Shown: positions 12,501 through 20,986, numbered from the stretch's first letter. The stretch is 32,000 nucleotides of DNA from Candidatus Scalindua sp. (GCA_031316235.1 JALDRA010000001.1:2970001-3002000); one strand, 5' to 3'. The notes: a model not told the origin generated them from the letters alone. Made by a program: numbers and translations.

Positions 12501-13854
12501 TGATATCGATGAACATAGTGCAGATGCAGGTGTACTGACACGATGTGAGGCATTTTTAGATAGTTTGAAGAATGCAAGAACAAAAGAGATCAAAAAAGAT
12601 GCAGACAGGAAATTCAAATACTCTGAAAACAAGAAGAGGACTATTTTTATACCCTATATGAATGACAGCGGGAGATTGGCTGCTGCTGCAATGAGGGCTA
12701 ATGGAGTTGCCGCTGAAGCATTGCCAATGCCAGACAAGCGAAGTCTGGAAATTGGTAGAAAATATACTTCGGGAAAGGAGTGCTACCCCGCAATTCTCAC
12801 GACAGGAGATATTGTAAAAAAGGCTCAAAGTCCTGGATTTGATCCTGACAAAAGCGTTTTCTTTATGGCAGTAGCATCCGGACCCTGCAGATTCGGGCAG
12901 TATAACCACATGCACCGTTTGGTTCTTGACGATATCGGATTGCCTAATGTCCCAATCTTTACGATGGATCAGAGAGACGATTACATGGCAGACACGGCCA
13001 GCCTGGGAACAAGCTTTCGTAAACTTACCTGGGATGGATTTGTCCTCGTAGACTTTTTGCAAAAGTTATTATTGGAGACAAGACCATATGAGTTGCATAA
13101 AGGTGAGTCAGATTCGATTTATAAGCAGTATCTCAGAAGAGCAGAGCATGCAATTGAATTTGGATATGACCTTTTACAGGTTGCAAAGGATGCTGCTGAA
13201 GCGCTCAATAAAATTGCCGTCGACAGGAGTGTTCAAAAGCCCTTAATAGGCCTTATCGGGGAGAATTATGTTCGCATTAACGAATTTGCAAATAACTTTA
13301 TTGAAAGAAAGATTGAAGAGCTTGGTGGGAAGGTAGTAAATACGCCTTTTAGTGAATGGATTGACTATATTGCTCATGTCAGAAGAGAAGATTGCAAAAG
13401 AGAGAAGAATTATAATGCGTTTGCGATAGAATTGATCACTGAAGTAGTTCAGAAATATAAGGCCTTTAAGATGTCTCGTCCATTTAGAAAATCTTCAGTT
13501 ACGCTGTTTCGAGACAGTTCTATAAAAAAATTGATTTCAAAGGGAAGATCATATATCGATGAGTCATATAAAGGTGATCCAGTCTTGAGTATGGGGAGAG
13601 CAGTAGAATTGATTGAGGAAGATTTCGATGGTATCATTCATGTTGCACCCTTTCACTGCATGCCTGGTACTGCTGTAAGCGCGGTATTAGAGAAATTCCA
13701 GAGAGACCATGATGGTTTCCCCTGCTTAAAGTTGACGTTTGATGGTCAGGAAGAGTCTAATTCGGAAACGCGTATTGAGGCATTCATGCATCAAACAAAT
13801 CAAAGAATGGAAAGTAGATTAAATACAAAGGGGAAGTATGCAAATGTAAATTAG
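9574..13854 (+). CDS. Fusion protein: two BcrAD/BadFG-type (2-hydroxyacyl-CoA dehydratase activase-like) ATPase domains plus dehydratase-like/DUF2229-type C-terminal domains
   Basis: 1426 aa. There are two ASKHA-fold repeats, each with a phosphate-1 motif (LGLDIGSVSIK, VGVDVGSISTN) and a cluster-bridging CAAGTGSFL(D/E) motif. A ~750-aa Cys-containing region follows, resembling HgdB/DUF2229 components of CoA-substrate-specific enzyme activase family proteins. Confidence 0.85.
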   Translation: MMISSTGMYNPKDQKKYLGLDIGSVSIKAVVVNDNKEVIENHYVRSHGQPIETVLIVLKDILNRISAEEIYGVAVTGSGGKLLSGIMKISFINEVVAQSKATSVLHPEVKTIIEIGGEDSKLIMLERDESFGKAGGNDGARLKVSDFAMNTMCAAGTGSFLDQQSTRIGVSIEEEFGKLALKSKNPPRIAGRCSVFAKSDMIHLQQVGTEIHDIVSGLCYALTRNFKSNIGKGKDFVKPIAFQGGVAANAGIIKAFEDILELDEGELIIPRYFNTMGAIGCAFAFMEKGIDAPFTGFKTIEAYLKNRRGKDTNLTKLTCNNYEINVRNHILETNGKVEVYVGVDVGSISTNVVVIDKDRNVLARRYLMTAGKPLEAVKQGLFEVGEEIQDKVVVKGVGVTGSGRYLTGEFIGSDIVKNEITAHATAAAAVDKNVDTIFEIGGQDSKYISLENGAIVDFTMNKVCAAGTGSFLEEQSEKLDVNIKQEFGKRALDSCCPSSLGERCTVFMESDLNHHQQLGVPKDDLLAGLSYSIVLNYINRVVEKRKIGDTIFLQGGVAANRGVKAAFEKITGREIIVPPHHDVMGAIGSAIISMEEKKWENSRFKGFDLRKRAYETSSFVCKDCSNVCEIRKVIIKGEVPLHYGSRCGKYDDEKKLASGKNIPRLFNERKKILYEPYVKSRSTIKIKKKERIGIPQASTFFELFPMWKAFFTELGFEILISKNTNREVINNGLEHVTAETCFPIKVAHGHVIDMLKKDIDYLFLPSVINMTHASSKVTHSYACPYIQCLPYIIRSAINLDSPKFKVLQPVIHFEYGELFLDKTLRQIAKEIGRRGARVENAIKKAKETQNNFYGRLEKRGKEVLDSLGDDEFALVIISRPYNGCDSGVNMDLPEKLRDLGVLAIPMDFLTLDLEDISNDYPNMYWKYGQKILAAARVIARDKRLYGLYITNFGCGPDSFISKFFPKEVGGKPFLTIDIDEHSADAGVLTRCEAFLDSLKNARTKEIKKDADRKFKYSENKKRTIFIPYMNDSGRLAAAAMRANGVAAEALPMPDKRSLEIGRKYTSGKECYPAILTTGDIVKKAQSPGFDPDKSVFFMAVASGPCRFGQYNHMHRLVLDDIGLPNVPIFTMDQRDDYMADTASLGTSFRKLTWDGFVLVDFLQKLLLETRPYELHKGESDSIYKQYLRRAEHAIEFGYDLLQVAKDAAEALNKIAVDRSVQKPLIGLIGENYVRINEFANNFIERKIEELGGKVVNTPFSEWIDYIAHVRREDCKREKNYNAFAIELITEVVQKYKAFKMSRPFRKSSVTLFRDSSIKKLISKGRSYIDESYKGDPVLSMGRAVELIEEDFDGIIHVAPFHCMPGTAVSAVLEKFQRDHDGFPCLKLTFDGQEESNSETRIEAFMHQTNQRMESRLNTKGKYANVN

Positions 13855-13974
13855 CGTATTGCCTGCTAGGGTACAGCGCCTTTGCTTTCTGAATCTTATT
13901 TTAAAAAGTAATTCCGAAATAGTGGCAATTGGTCTGGTTTCGGAGCGTAGGGTTAAAAGGGGCTAAGCTTTAAT

Positions 13975-14466
13975 ATGAAGGGAAAAACGTGGAAATATGG
14001 GGATAATGTTAATACCGATGAGATTATTCCTGCCAGATATTTAAACACAACTGATTTAAAAGAACTCTCATCACACTGCATGGAGGATATTGACCCTGAT
14101 TTCGTTAATAAGGCGAAGAAAGGTGATATTCTGGTGGCTGGGGAGAACTTCGGATGTGGTTCATCAAGGGAACATGCACCATTGTCTATCAAGTTTTTTG
14201 GAATCTCTTGTATCATAGCAAAGAGTTTTGCGAGAATTTTTTTTAGAAATGCAATTAATATCGGTTTGCCAATTTTTGAGAGCAAAGATGCGGCTGATGA
14301 GATAAAGGAGGGTGATGTGGTTTCTATCGATCTTGATTTAAGCAGGATCGTTGACCTGACAACTGATAAGGAGTATGCTTTTACCCCCTTTCCGGATGAA
14401 ATGAAAGACATTATTGAAGCTGGTGGGTTGATGGAGTATGTAAGGTCGAATCGGTTTAGGAGGTAA
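13975..14466 (+). CDS. leuD: Aconitase-family dehydratase small subunit (LeuD/HacB-like)
   Basis: 163 aa with GDNVNTDEIIPARYL and GENFGCGSSREHA motifs, the archaeal-type short form. Confidence 0.85.
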   Translation: MKGKTWKYGDNVNTDEIIPARYLNTTDLKELSSHCMEDIDPDFVNKAKKGDILVAGENFGCGSSREHAPLSIKFFGISCIIAKSFARIFFRNAINIGLPIFESKDAADEIKEGDVVSIDLDLSRIVDLTTDKEYAFTPFPDEMKDIIEAGGLMEYVRSNRFRR

Positions 14467-14543
14467 GATATTGTTACTTGCTCCAGCGAAAGGTTCTCTT
14501 GTCTGATCTTTTGAAAAAGGGTGTGTCCTGAATTTTGTCTTTT

Positions 14544-15416
14544 TTAAGATTTCTCTAAAATGCTTCTGTTTTTGGAACCAATCTGGGTTTTACTCTGCAT
14601 CCTTGAAAAAACAAACAGATACTGCTGCGCATAACCGGCGTACCTGCCGAAATAATTCATTCCGAATTCCCTGATAGTATGGTTCGGTACAGACTTGTTG
14701 TTAAAGTAGCGCAGTTGCATGATTTTTTTTATCCAGGTATCTACAGGAAAGGCTTGGTGAAAGCCCAGGGAAAAAAGTAATATACAATCTGCGATCTTGT
14801 CACCAACTCCGCTGAACTTTTTTAGTTCATCTTTTGCGGATTGATACGATACCGATCTTAATGAATTAAGACGCTCATAATCTATTGCATTATTTGTTTC
14901 GAAGATATATTTTGCACGAAACCCGGTTTTTGCCTCTTTTATTTTTGCGTAATCATTGATTGTTCCCGGTAAAGGAAACGAAAAACTTGTACAATCATCC
15001 AGCAGTTGATTCTTTCCAAAGAACCGGGAGAGAGAGTTGAGCTTTGATCTGATCCTGGGAATATTCGAAGCCGAAGAGCAAATAAAGGATACTAAGCATT
15101 CCCAGGGATCTTGTTTTATGAGCCGTAGACCTCGATATTCCGTAATAGCTTTGTTGATAAAATGGTCATTGTTAATCTCTTCAAGTATTTTTGTATATTC
15201 CTCGTCTAGAGAAAAAAAATATACGATAAATTTCTGATCTACTCCATGGTATTCGATCTCATTCTTAACTTGCTTAACTTTGAAAAATTTATCCCGGGTG
15301 TTTACATAATACCAACCATTGATTTTGTTGAATCTGAATATTTGCCCACTTTCCAGCGTACATTGTAAATTGAAATCATCAATCTTTATTTTGCCCATCT
15401 GTGGCAGTTTAACCAA
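14544..15416 (-). CDS. ogg: 8-oxoguanine DNA glycosylase / AP lyase (OGG1-type HhH-GPD)
   Basis: 290 aa with the HhH-GPD motif GVGDKIADCILLF (catalytic Lys) and downstream FPVDTW (Asp). The start is either the TTG at 15416 or the ATG at 15398 (MGKIKID). Confidence 0.8.
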   Translation of the reverse strand: MVKLPQMGKIKIDDFNLQCTLESGQIFRFNKINGWYYVNTRDKFFKVKQVKNEIEYHGVDQKFIVYFFSLDEEYTKILEEINNDHFINKAITEYRGLRLIKQDPWECLVSFICSSASNIPRIRSKLNSLSRFFGKNQLLDDCTSFSFPLPGTINDYAKIKEAKTGFRAKYIFETNNAIDYERLNSLRSVSYQSAKDELKKFSGVGDKIADCILLFSLGFHQAFPVDTWIKKIMQLRYFNNKSVPNHTIREFGMNYFGRYAGYAQQYLFVFSRMQSKTQIGSKNRSILEKS

Positions 15417-15549
15417 ACAATATTCTGTGTCAAGGGAAGATATTAAAAATTTTTCTTGAAAAAACCCTTAAAATTTACTATAAATCCTATAATTACAAGC
15501 CCATATAACATTATTTCTGACATTAAGTTTATTAAGGCAGATAGATGAT

Positions 15550-17589
15550 ATGACAAATCTTTTATTTGATTTTATCGAGAAAATAGACAAGGTTAGTTAC
15601 AGATTTCTGAATGGCAGAAATGGGGGGGTGGTACCCAATGTGAACCCTACTAAACTTTGCTTTGGAAAAACATTACAGAAGACAGCTGTTCAGATTTCCA
15701 GTGATTCCAAGTTACATACAGCCATTAAAAAAGCTCAGGATCATTTACTCAAAAAACAAGATAAGAAAGAAGGGTTTTGGGTTGGTGAACTGGAAGGAGA
15801 CGCTGCTTTAACTGCTGAGTACATAATGCTCATGCATTTTATACAACGGGTCGACAAGAAGAAACAGGAAAAAGCGGCTCGGTTTTTATTAAGAACACAG
15901 CAAGAAGATGGCGGATGGAATATCTATTATAAAGGTCCCTGTGAAATAAGCGTGACGGTTAAGTGCTACTTTGCATTAAAATTAGCCGGGTATTCTCAAG
16001 AAGATTTATTTATGAAAAAGGCGAGGAAATGTATCCTTGAAATGGGCGGAATCACGAAATCAAATACTTTTACAAAGATTTATCTCGCAATTTTCGGGCA
16101 ATATGATTGGCAGGGGATACCGGCCTTACCGATAGAAATAATCTTGTTGCCCAATTCGTTTTATTTTAACATTTATGAGATGTCTTACTGGTCAAGATGC
16201 ATTGTCGTTCCTTTGGGAATAGTAATGGCAATGAAACCAAGACACAACATTGGTGGCGAAGCTGCGTTAGACGAGTTATATGTATTACAAAAGAACAAGG
16301 TGAGTTATCGGCTTGAACGGGATAAGGGTACCCTTTCTTTAAAGAATATTTTCATTACTTTGGACTCGATACTTAGACGTTATGAAAAGAGCCCTTTTGT
16401 TCTTTTAAGGAAACTTGCCATAGAGAAGGCGGAAAAGTGGCTGTTACAGCATTTTGAGAAATCAGGAGGTTTGGGTGCAATCTGGCCTGCTATGGTTAAT
16501 TCTGTAATGGCCATGAAATGTCTTGGATATAAAGATGAACATCCTGCAGTAAAAAAGGCGTTGCTTGAAATTGAAAAATTAGAAGTTCATGACGATGATT
16601 CTTTGCATATGCAACCCTGTGTGTCTCCTGTGTGGGATACACCATGGTCAATTTTAGCACTGTCAGAGTCGGGTTTACCGCACGACCACCCAGCACTGAT
16701 ACGTGCAGGAGACTGGCTTTTGGGAAAAGAGGTAAGAAGTTTTGGGGACTGGAGCCTGAAGAACCCTGTTAAGGAACCAAGTGGCTGGTATTTTCAGCAT
16801 GCAAATGAATTTTATCCTGACAATGACGATACCACAATTGTATTAATGGCGTTACAGCGCATTGATTTCTCTGATACGGTGAAGAAAAGAGACGCGATTC
16901 TCAGGGGGTTTAAATGGTTTCTGGGTATGCAATGTAATGATGGAGGGTGGGGATCTTTTGATCAAAATAATAATAAGGCTATCCTGAATCACATCCCTTT
17001 TGCCGACTGGAATGCATTGCTTGATCCAAGTACCAGTGACATCACCGCCCGTGCGCTTGATGTTATGGGGAGATTGGGGTACGATGTAAGTTTTCCGCCG
17101 GCCAAAAAGGCTATTGATTTTCTGAAAAATGAACAGGAGGAAGACGGTTCCTGGTTTGGGCGCTGGGGGGTGAACTATATTTATGGTACCTGGTCTGTTT
17201 TGTCAGGACTCTATTCAATCAGAGAAGACATGACGAAAGACTTTGTGAAAAAGGCGGCATTGTGGTTGAAGAATGTCCAGAACGGTGATGGCGGTTGGGG
17301 TGAGACCTGTAAGTCATACGGGAATACATCGCTAAAAGCAATTGGCCAAAGTACGGTGTCTCAGACATCATGGGCTATATTAGGTCTTCTCTGTACCGAA
17401 GAAAGAAATTCTGAGTCTGTCGAAAAAGGCATTCAATATTTATTAGACAATCAAAAAGAAGATGGTACATGGGATGAAGAAGAGTTTACAGGAACCGGAT
17501 TCCCAAAGGTTTTTTACCTGAGATATCATATGTATAGGTGTTATTTTCCTCTTCTCGCACTAGGGAAATATAGAAATATGGTGAAATGA
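15550..17589 (+). CDS. shc: Squalene-hopene cyclase
   Basis: 679 aa with multiple QW repeats (QEDGGWN, QEEDGSWFGRWG, QNGDGGWGE, QKEDGTW) and a DxDD-type catalytic motif (DNDDTT). Confidence 0.95.
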   Translation: MTNLLFDFIEKIDKVSYRFLNGRNGGVVPNVNPTKLCFGKTLQKTAVQISSDSKLHTAIKKAQDHLLKKQDKKEGFWVGELEGDAALTAEYIMLMHFIQRVDKKKQEKAARFLLRTQQEDGGWNIYYKGPCEISVTVKCYFALKLAGYSQEDLFMKKARKCILEMGGITKSNTFTKIYLAIFGQYDWQGIPALPIEIILLPNSFYFNIYEMSYWSRCIVVPLGIVMAMKPRHNIGGEAALDELYVLQKNKVSYRLERDKGTLSLKNIFITLDSILRRYEKSPFVLLRKLAIEKAEKWLLQHFEKSGGLGAIWPAMVNSVMAMKCLGYKDEHPAVKKALLEIEKLEVHDDDSLHMQPCVSPVWDTPWSILALSESGLPHDHPALIRAGDWLLGKEVRSFGDWSLKNPVKEPSGWYFQHANEFYPDNDDTTIVLMALQRIDFSDTVKKRDAILRGFKWFLGMQCNDGGWGSFDQNNNKAILNHIPFADWNALLDPSTSDITARALDVMGRLGYDVSFPPAKKAIDFLKNEQEEDGSWFGRWGVNYIYGTWSVLSGLYSIREDMTKDFVKKAALWLKNVQNGDGGWGETCKSYGNTSLKAIGQSTVSQTSWAILGLLCTEERNSESVEKGIQYLLDNQKEDGTWDEEEFTGTGFPKVFYLRYHMYRCYFPLLALGKYRNMVK

Positions 17590-17626
17590 TTTCTGTAAAC
17601 AGTTTGTTCGTATTTGTGAAGAACTT

Positions 17627-19261
17627 CTATTCCGGGGCCATAAATGGATATCGGTAATCTGCCGGAGGTGTAAAGGTTTCTTTAATAGTTCTGGGGGTTA
17701 CCCACCGGATCATATTCAGGATACTGCCTGCTTTATCATCAGTTCCGCTTGCTCTGCTTCCTCCGAATGGCTGCTGTCCAACCACCGCTCCGGAAGGTTT
17801 ATCGTTTATATAAAAATTCCCTGCAGCATTCACGAGAATCTTTTCTGCAATGGTAATTGCCTCCCTGCTGCGAGAAAAAATCGATCCTGTTAACCCATAA
17901 GGAGATGTTTTGTCGCACAGATGCAGAGTCTCTTCAAAGGTATTCTCCTCATACAGGTAAACGGTGAGTATCGGGCCGAATATCTCCTCTTCCATTGTAC
18001 GGGAATGGGGATTGGTTGTAACTGCTACAGTAGGTTCAATAAAATATCCCGTACTGCTATCATAGTGCCCTCCACAGAGAATTTCGGTCTCATTAGTGGT
18101 TTTCATGTATTCAATGTATTGTGCAATTTTATCAAAAGCTGCCCTGTCTATTACGGCATTAACAAAGTTACCGAAATCCTCTACATCTCCCATCCTTACA
18201 GTTTTTAGTTCTGAGTGAATGAAGTCCCTTAATTCCGGCCATATACTACAAGGGATATAGGCACGAGATGCTGCGGAGCATTTCTGTCCCTGATATTCAA
18301 ACGCACCTCGTATCAGGGCGGTACCCAACTCCTCGATGCCCGTATCACAGTGAGCAAAAACAAAATCCTTACCGCCAGTTTCACCTACTATGCGGGGATA
18401 ACTTTTGTAATTTCTGATGTTGTTTCCGACGGATTGCCATATATTTTGAAAGGTGCAGGTACTTCCGGTAAAGTGGATGCCTGCAAGGTCAGGAGAGTTT
18501 AAAATGACAGGGCCGATCTCTTCTCCATGTCCGGGGATAAAGTTTATGACACCATCCGGTATGCCAGCTTCCTCGAAAAGCTTCATAACAAGATATGATG
18601 AATAGACGGCGTTTGAAGCGGGTTTCCACAAGACAACATTGCCCATAATGGCTGGAGCGGATGCAAGGTTTGCGGCAATAGAGGTGAAATTGAAAGGGGT
18701 TGAGGCAAAAATGAACCCCTCCAATGGCCGATATTCTAATCTGTTCCAGGTTCCTGTTGATGAGATTGGAGGCTGGTTTTCATAGATCTGCATTGCATAA
18801 AAGGGGTTGAATCGAAGAAAATCAATTAGTTCGCATGCGGAATCCACTTCTGCCTGGAAGACATTCTTGCTTTGGTTCAGCATGGTTGAGGCGTTTAACA
18901 ACGGGCGCCATGAGGAAGAGAGGAGTTCTGCAGCTTTCAGAAAGATTGAAGCCCGGTCTTGCCACTCCATCGTAGCCCATTCCCGGGATGCTTTACGGGA
19001 GGCCTCAATAGCCATTTGTATTTCGTTTCTGCCTGCTTTATGGTAACTACCTATGACCGTTCCATGATCATGAGGTAGGATGCATTTCCCTGTATTTCCC
19101 GTTTTTATCTCTTTTCCCCCAATAATAAGGGGAATTTCTCTCTGATGGTTTCTCAATTCGCTTAACTTTGCCTTTATGGTTCGACGTTCCGGTGTGTTGG
19201 GGGCGTAGCTCTTTATCGCTTCATTGACGGGCAGGTTGAGGTTGAATTTCGCATTTGACAT
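17627..19261 (-). CDS. L-glutamate gamma-semialdehyde (1-pyrroline-5-carboxylate) dehydrogenase, aldehyde dehydrogenase family
   Basis: 544 aa with ALDH catalytic motifs VGETGGKD (Glu) and GQKCSAASR (Cys). Length and N-terminus are typical of stand-alone P5CDH. Confidence 0.85.
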   Translation of the reverse strand: MSNAKFNLNLPVNEAIKSYAPNTPERRTIKAKLSELRNHQREIPLIIGGKEIKTGNTGKCILPHDHGTVIGSYHKAGRNEIQMAIEASRKASREWATMEWQDRASIFLKAAELLSSSWRPLLNASTMLNQSKNVFQAEVDSACELIDFLRFNPFYAMQIYENQPPISSTGTWNRLEYRPLEGFIFASTPFNFTSIAANLASAPAIMGNVVLWKPASNAVYSSYLVMKLFEEAGIPDGVINFIPGHGEEIGPVILNSPDLAGIHFTGSTCTFQNIWQSVGNNIRNYKSYPRIVGETGGKDFVFAHCDTGIEELGTALIRGAFEYQGQKCSAASRAYIPCSIWPELRDFIHSELKTVRMGDVEDFGNFVNAVIDRAAFDKIAQYIEYMKTTNETEILCGGHYDSSTGYFIEPTVAVTTNPHSRTMEEEIFGPILTVYLYEENTFEETLHLCDKTSPYGLTGSIFSRSREAITIAEKILVNAAGNFYINDKPSGAVVGQQPFGGSRASGTDDKAGSILNMIRWVTPRTIKETFTPPADYRYPFMAPE

Positions 19262-19568
19262 ATCGGCTCGCTTTGAAAAAGGGTTTCTTCAAATCTTTGA
19301 GGACTCACTTGATTGTAAAGGGATTTCCATTTTACCAGTAAACAAATCAATCTGTTACCATTTATATGTGGAAGATCTGTGCAGGAAGCACGACAACGAT
19401 AATACCATATGCAGATGAATAATGCAAATTTCAGGTATATTTTTACCATTGATGATAACTCAAACCTCTGTATAATACAGGGCAGGGCTACTGTAGCGGA
19501 TTCAACTGGTTTTGTGAGACTACAGGGGGCGTTTAGTGGAAAACACCTTAAAAGAAATGGAGACCATC

Positions 19569-19850
19569 ATGAAAAAAGCATCGGCACGTCATATCCTGGT
19601 TGATTCAAAGGAGAAATGTGAAGAGATAAAAACCCAGATTGAAAGCGGTGGCGACTTTGCAGATTTAGCAAATGAGCAGTCTCAATGTCCTTCTGGAAAA
19701 CAGGGGGGAGATTTGGGAGAATTCTCACCCGGTCAAATGGTACCGGAATTTGACCAGGTAGTATTCAAAGAGGAAGTTAACAAAGTGCATGGCCCCGTTC
19801 AAACACAATTTGGGTACCATCTTATTGAGATTACAAGTAGAAGTGAGTGA
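19569..19850 (+). CDS. ppiC: Parvulin-type peptidyl-prolyl cis-trans isomerase (PpiC/Par10-like)
   Basis: ~93 aa from MKKASARHILV. CPSGKQGGDLGEFSPGQMVPEFDQVVF...TQFGYHLIEI is near-collinear with E. coli PpiC as I recall it. The ORF track's start at 19536 adds 11 residues, and that extension is probably not real. Confidence 0.85.
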   Translation: MKKASARHILVDSKEKCEEIKTQIESGGDFADLANEQSQCPSGKQGGDLGEFSPGQMVPEFDQVVFKEEVNKVHGPVQTQFGYHLIEITSRSE

Positions 19851-19888
19851 GGTGTTATTCCGTTTCTGTCCGTATGAGCAACTATTCC

Positions 19889-20033
19889 GATACTATGCTA
19901 AAACCGATTTTGTTTCCGGTTTTACCGGAAACAAAATCTTGATGAAGGTATCCCCGGACAGAAAACGCCGAGGACTTTACTCGCTTAATTTTATCTCGGA
20001 TTTTATCCGAAATCCAGTATGAGATGAGTATAT
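19889..20033 (-). repeat. Repeat family A, copy A-1 (full length, inverted orientation, carries a 27-nt internal insertion)
   Basis: Aligns over its whole length with 21579-21694 and 30857-30974. It contains a perfect 15-bp hairpin (19906-19920 / 19924-19938). Confidence 0.85.
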
Positions 20034-20133
20034 CAATGGGGAAGGCACAGATAGCGGGCAGCATGTTCCGCAGACTTTAGGAGAAAGCACAGTTTCTAAG
20101 AAAAAAGAAAATAGTCGTCGAACAAAGAGACAT

Positions 20134-20433
20134 TTGTTGCCGTCACTCTATCCGTGCGAGGTTAAGATCAAGGGTAAGAATTTTAACGCACTCGTGAATA
20201 CGGTTATAATAAATGTGTCCGGTGGCGGGGCAGGTTTGGAGATAATTGGGGTAAGATACCAATCTGATATTAGGGTTGACGAAGAAATCTTACTTGAAAT
20301 TGACACCGGAGCATCAGAGAGGATGAAAATCAGGGCCAGAATAAAGTGGGCTGAGTTGTCTGGATTGAAAAATTCAATGGGAGTTGAGTTCACCGAGCAG
20401 AGAGACATAGAAAAGATTCTACACGTTGTTTAG
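20134..20433 (+). CDS. PilZ-domain protein (possibly 5'-truncated, or using a non-canonical start)
   Basis: The NVSGGG motif (D/NxSxxG) and a beta-rich ~100-aa size fit PilZ. The matching RxxxR motif (RRTKR, nt 20116-20130) is in frame but upstream of the first ATG/GTG/TTG codon. Confidence 0.6.
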   Translation: MLPSLYPCEVKIKGKNFNALVNTVIINVSGGGAGLEIIGVRYQSDIRVDEEILLEIDTGASERMKIRARIKWAELSGLKNSMGVEFTEQRDIEKILHVV

Positions 20434-20557
20434 TGGTTGAACCGAAACTGCCTCTCTGCTGCGCTGCCGTAAAAGTTCCGTAATCCTCAAGTACATTATT
20501 ACATTCCAGTTCAGAAATCAGCGCTCCTTTTGTCGGTCCGGTTTTGGTTCAACCACT
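20432..20557 (+). repeat. Repeat family B, copy B1 (126 nt, inverted termini AGTGGTTGAACCGAAAC / GTTTTGGTTCAACCACT)
   Basis: A 17-bp terminal inverted repeat with 1 mismatch. The internal core is shared with B2/B3. It begins inside the TAG stop codon of the PilZ ORF. Confidence 0.8.
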
Positions 20558-20559
20558 CT

Positions 20560-20618
20560 ATATACTCATCTCATGCTGGATTTCGGATAAAATCCAAAAA
20601 ATAAAGGAGCGAGTATGC
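20560..20618 (+). repeat. Repeat family A, copy A-2 (first hairpin module only)
   Basis: ATATACTCATCTCATGCTGGATTTCGGATAAAATCC...GAGCGAGTATGC matches the 5' half of A-3/A-4. It abuts the right end of B1. Confidence 0.75.
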
Positions 20619-20785
20619 CATTTGTTATTGAAAATTGAGTTGATGCCAGGCCGTATTTCATAAGTCCCTACAGGGTTTCAATACATTCCTGAGGGGTAGG
20701 TAACATTTAAGTTCTTGAATCTAGAAAAATTTGTTATCATGAAGAGATTGAGGTAACGTAAATTTTTCAATTATGGAGATATATC

Positions 20786-20986
20786 ATGTGTCAGATGAGC
20801 GTTATGGTGGATAAGGAGGGGCAGGAGGAGTTAGTAATGGAAAGCGTTACGCAGCTGGAAGTGGTTGAGGAGGGGATCAAGGTGAGTACGTTTTTCGAAG
20901 AACCGAAGCTTGTTTCAGGGGTTGCGGTGAAGACGATTGATTTTCTTGCTGGTAAGTTGATACTTCAAGCAAAAGAGAAAGTCTAG
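20786..20986 (+). CDS. cooT: CooT-family nickel-binding protein (CODH maturation accessory protein-like)
   Basis: 66 aa beginning MC (Cys2 is the Ni ligand in characterised CooT), with a beta-rich pattern ...LEVVEEGIKVSTFFEE...VKTIDFLAGKLILQ resembling CooT. A GGAG RBS is present. Confidence 0.65.
   Translation: MCQMSVMVDKEGQEELVMESVTQLEVVEEGIKVSTFFEEPKLVSGVAVKTIDFLAGKLILQAKEKV

Noticed and set aside
12556-13062. Long antisense or overlapping ORFs inside confidently assigned genes (e.g. 12556-13062-, 6832-7443-, 13953-14411-, 2699-3064-, 5730-6050-, 30260-30700+, 28081-28395+)
   Set aside because: Each is embedded opposite to or out of frame with a gene that has clear family motifs. They have low-complexity or Ser/Leu/Phe-rich composition typical of antisense frames in AT-rich DNA, and no RBS.
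19882-20064. Possible small protein family encoded by repeat A (ORFs 19882-20064-, 30746-30991-, and a 42-codon ORF from ATG 21574 reading ...ISYWISDKIRDKIERVYLHQDLVSGK...)
   Set aside because: The shared peptide is just the translation of the repeat. Copy A-4 has an in-frame stop (ILIS*WF) and lacks 31 nt, and copy A-2 is truncated. ORF starts and ends fall in unrelated flanks. The observed substitutions preserve hairpins (a compensatory T-A to G-C change) rather than codons.
20541-20557. GGTTCAACC at B right ends as a tRNA T-arm or tRNA gene fragment (integration-site remnant)
   Set aside because: The flanking bases do not form a T-stem, acceptor stem or anticodon arm. The same 9-mer is simply the complement of the left terminus.
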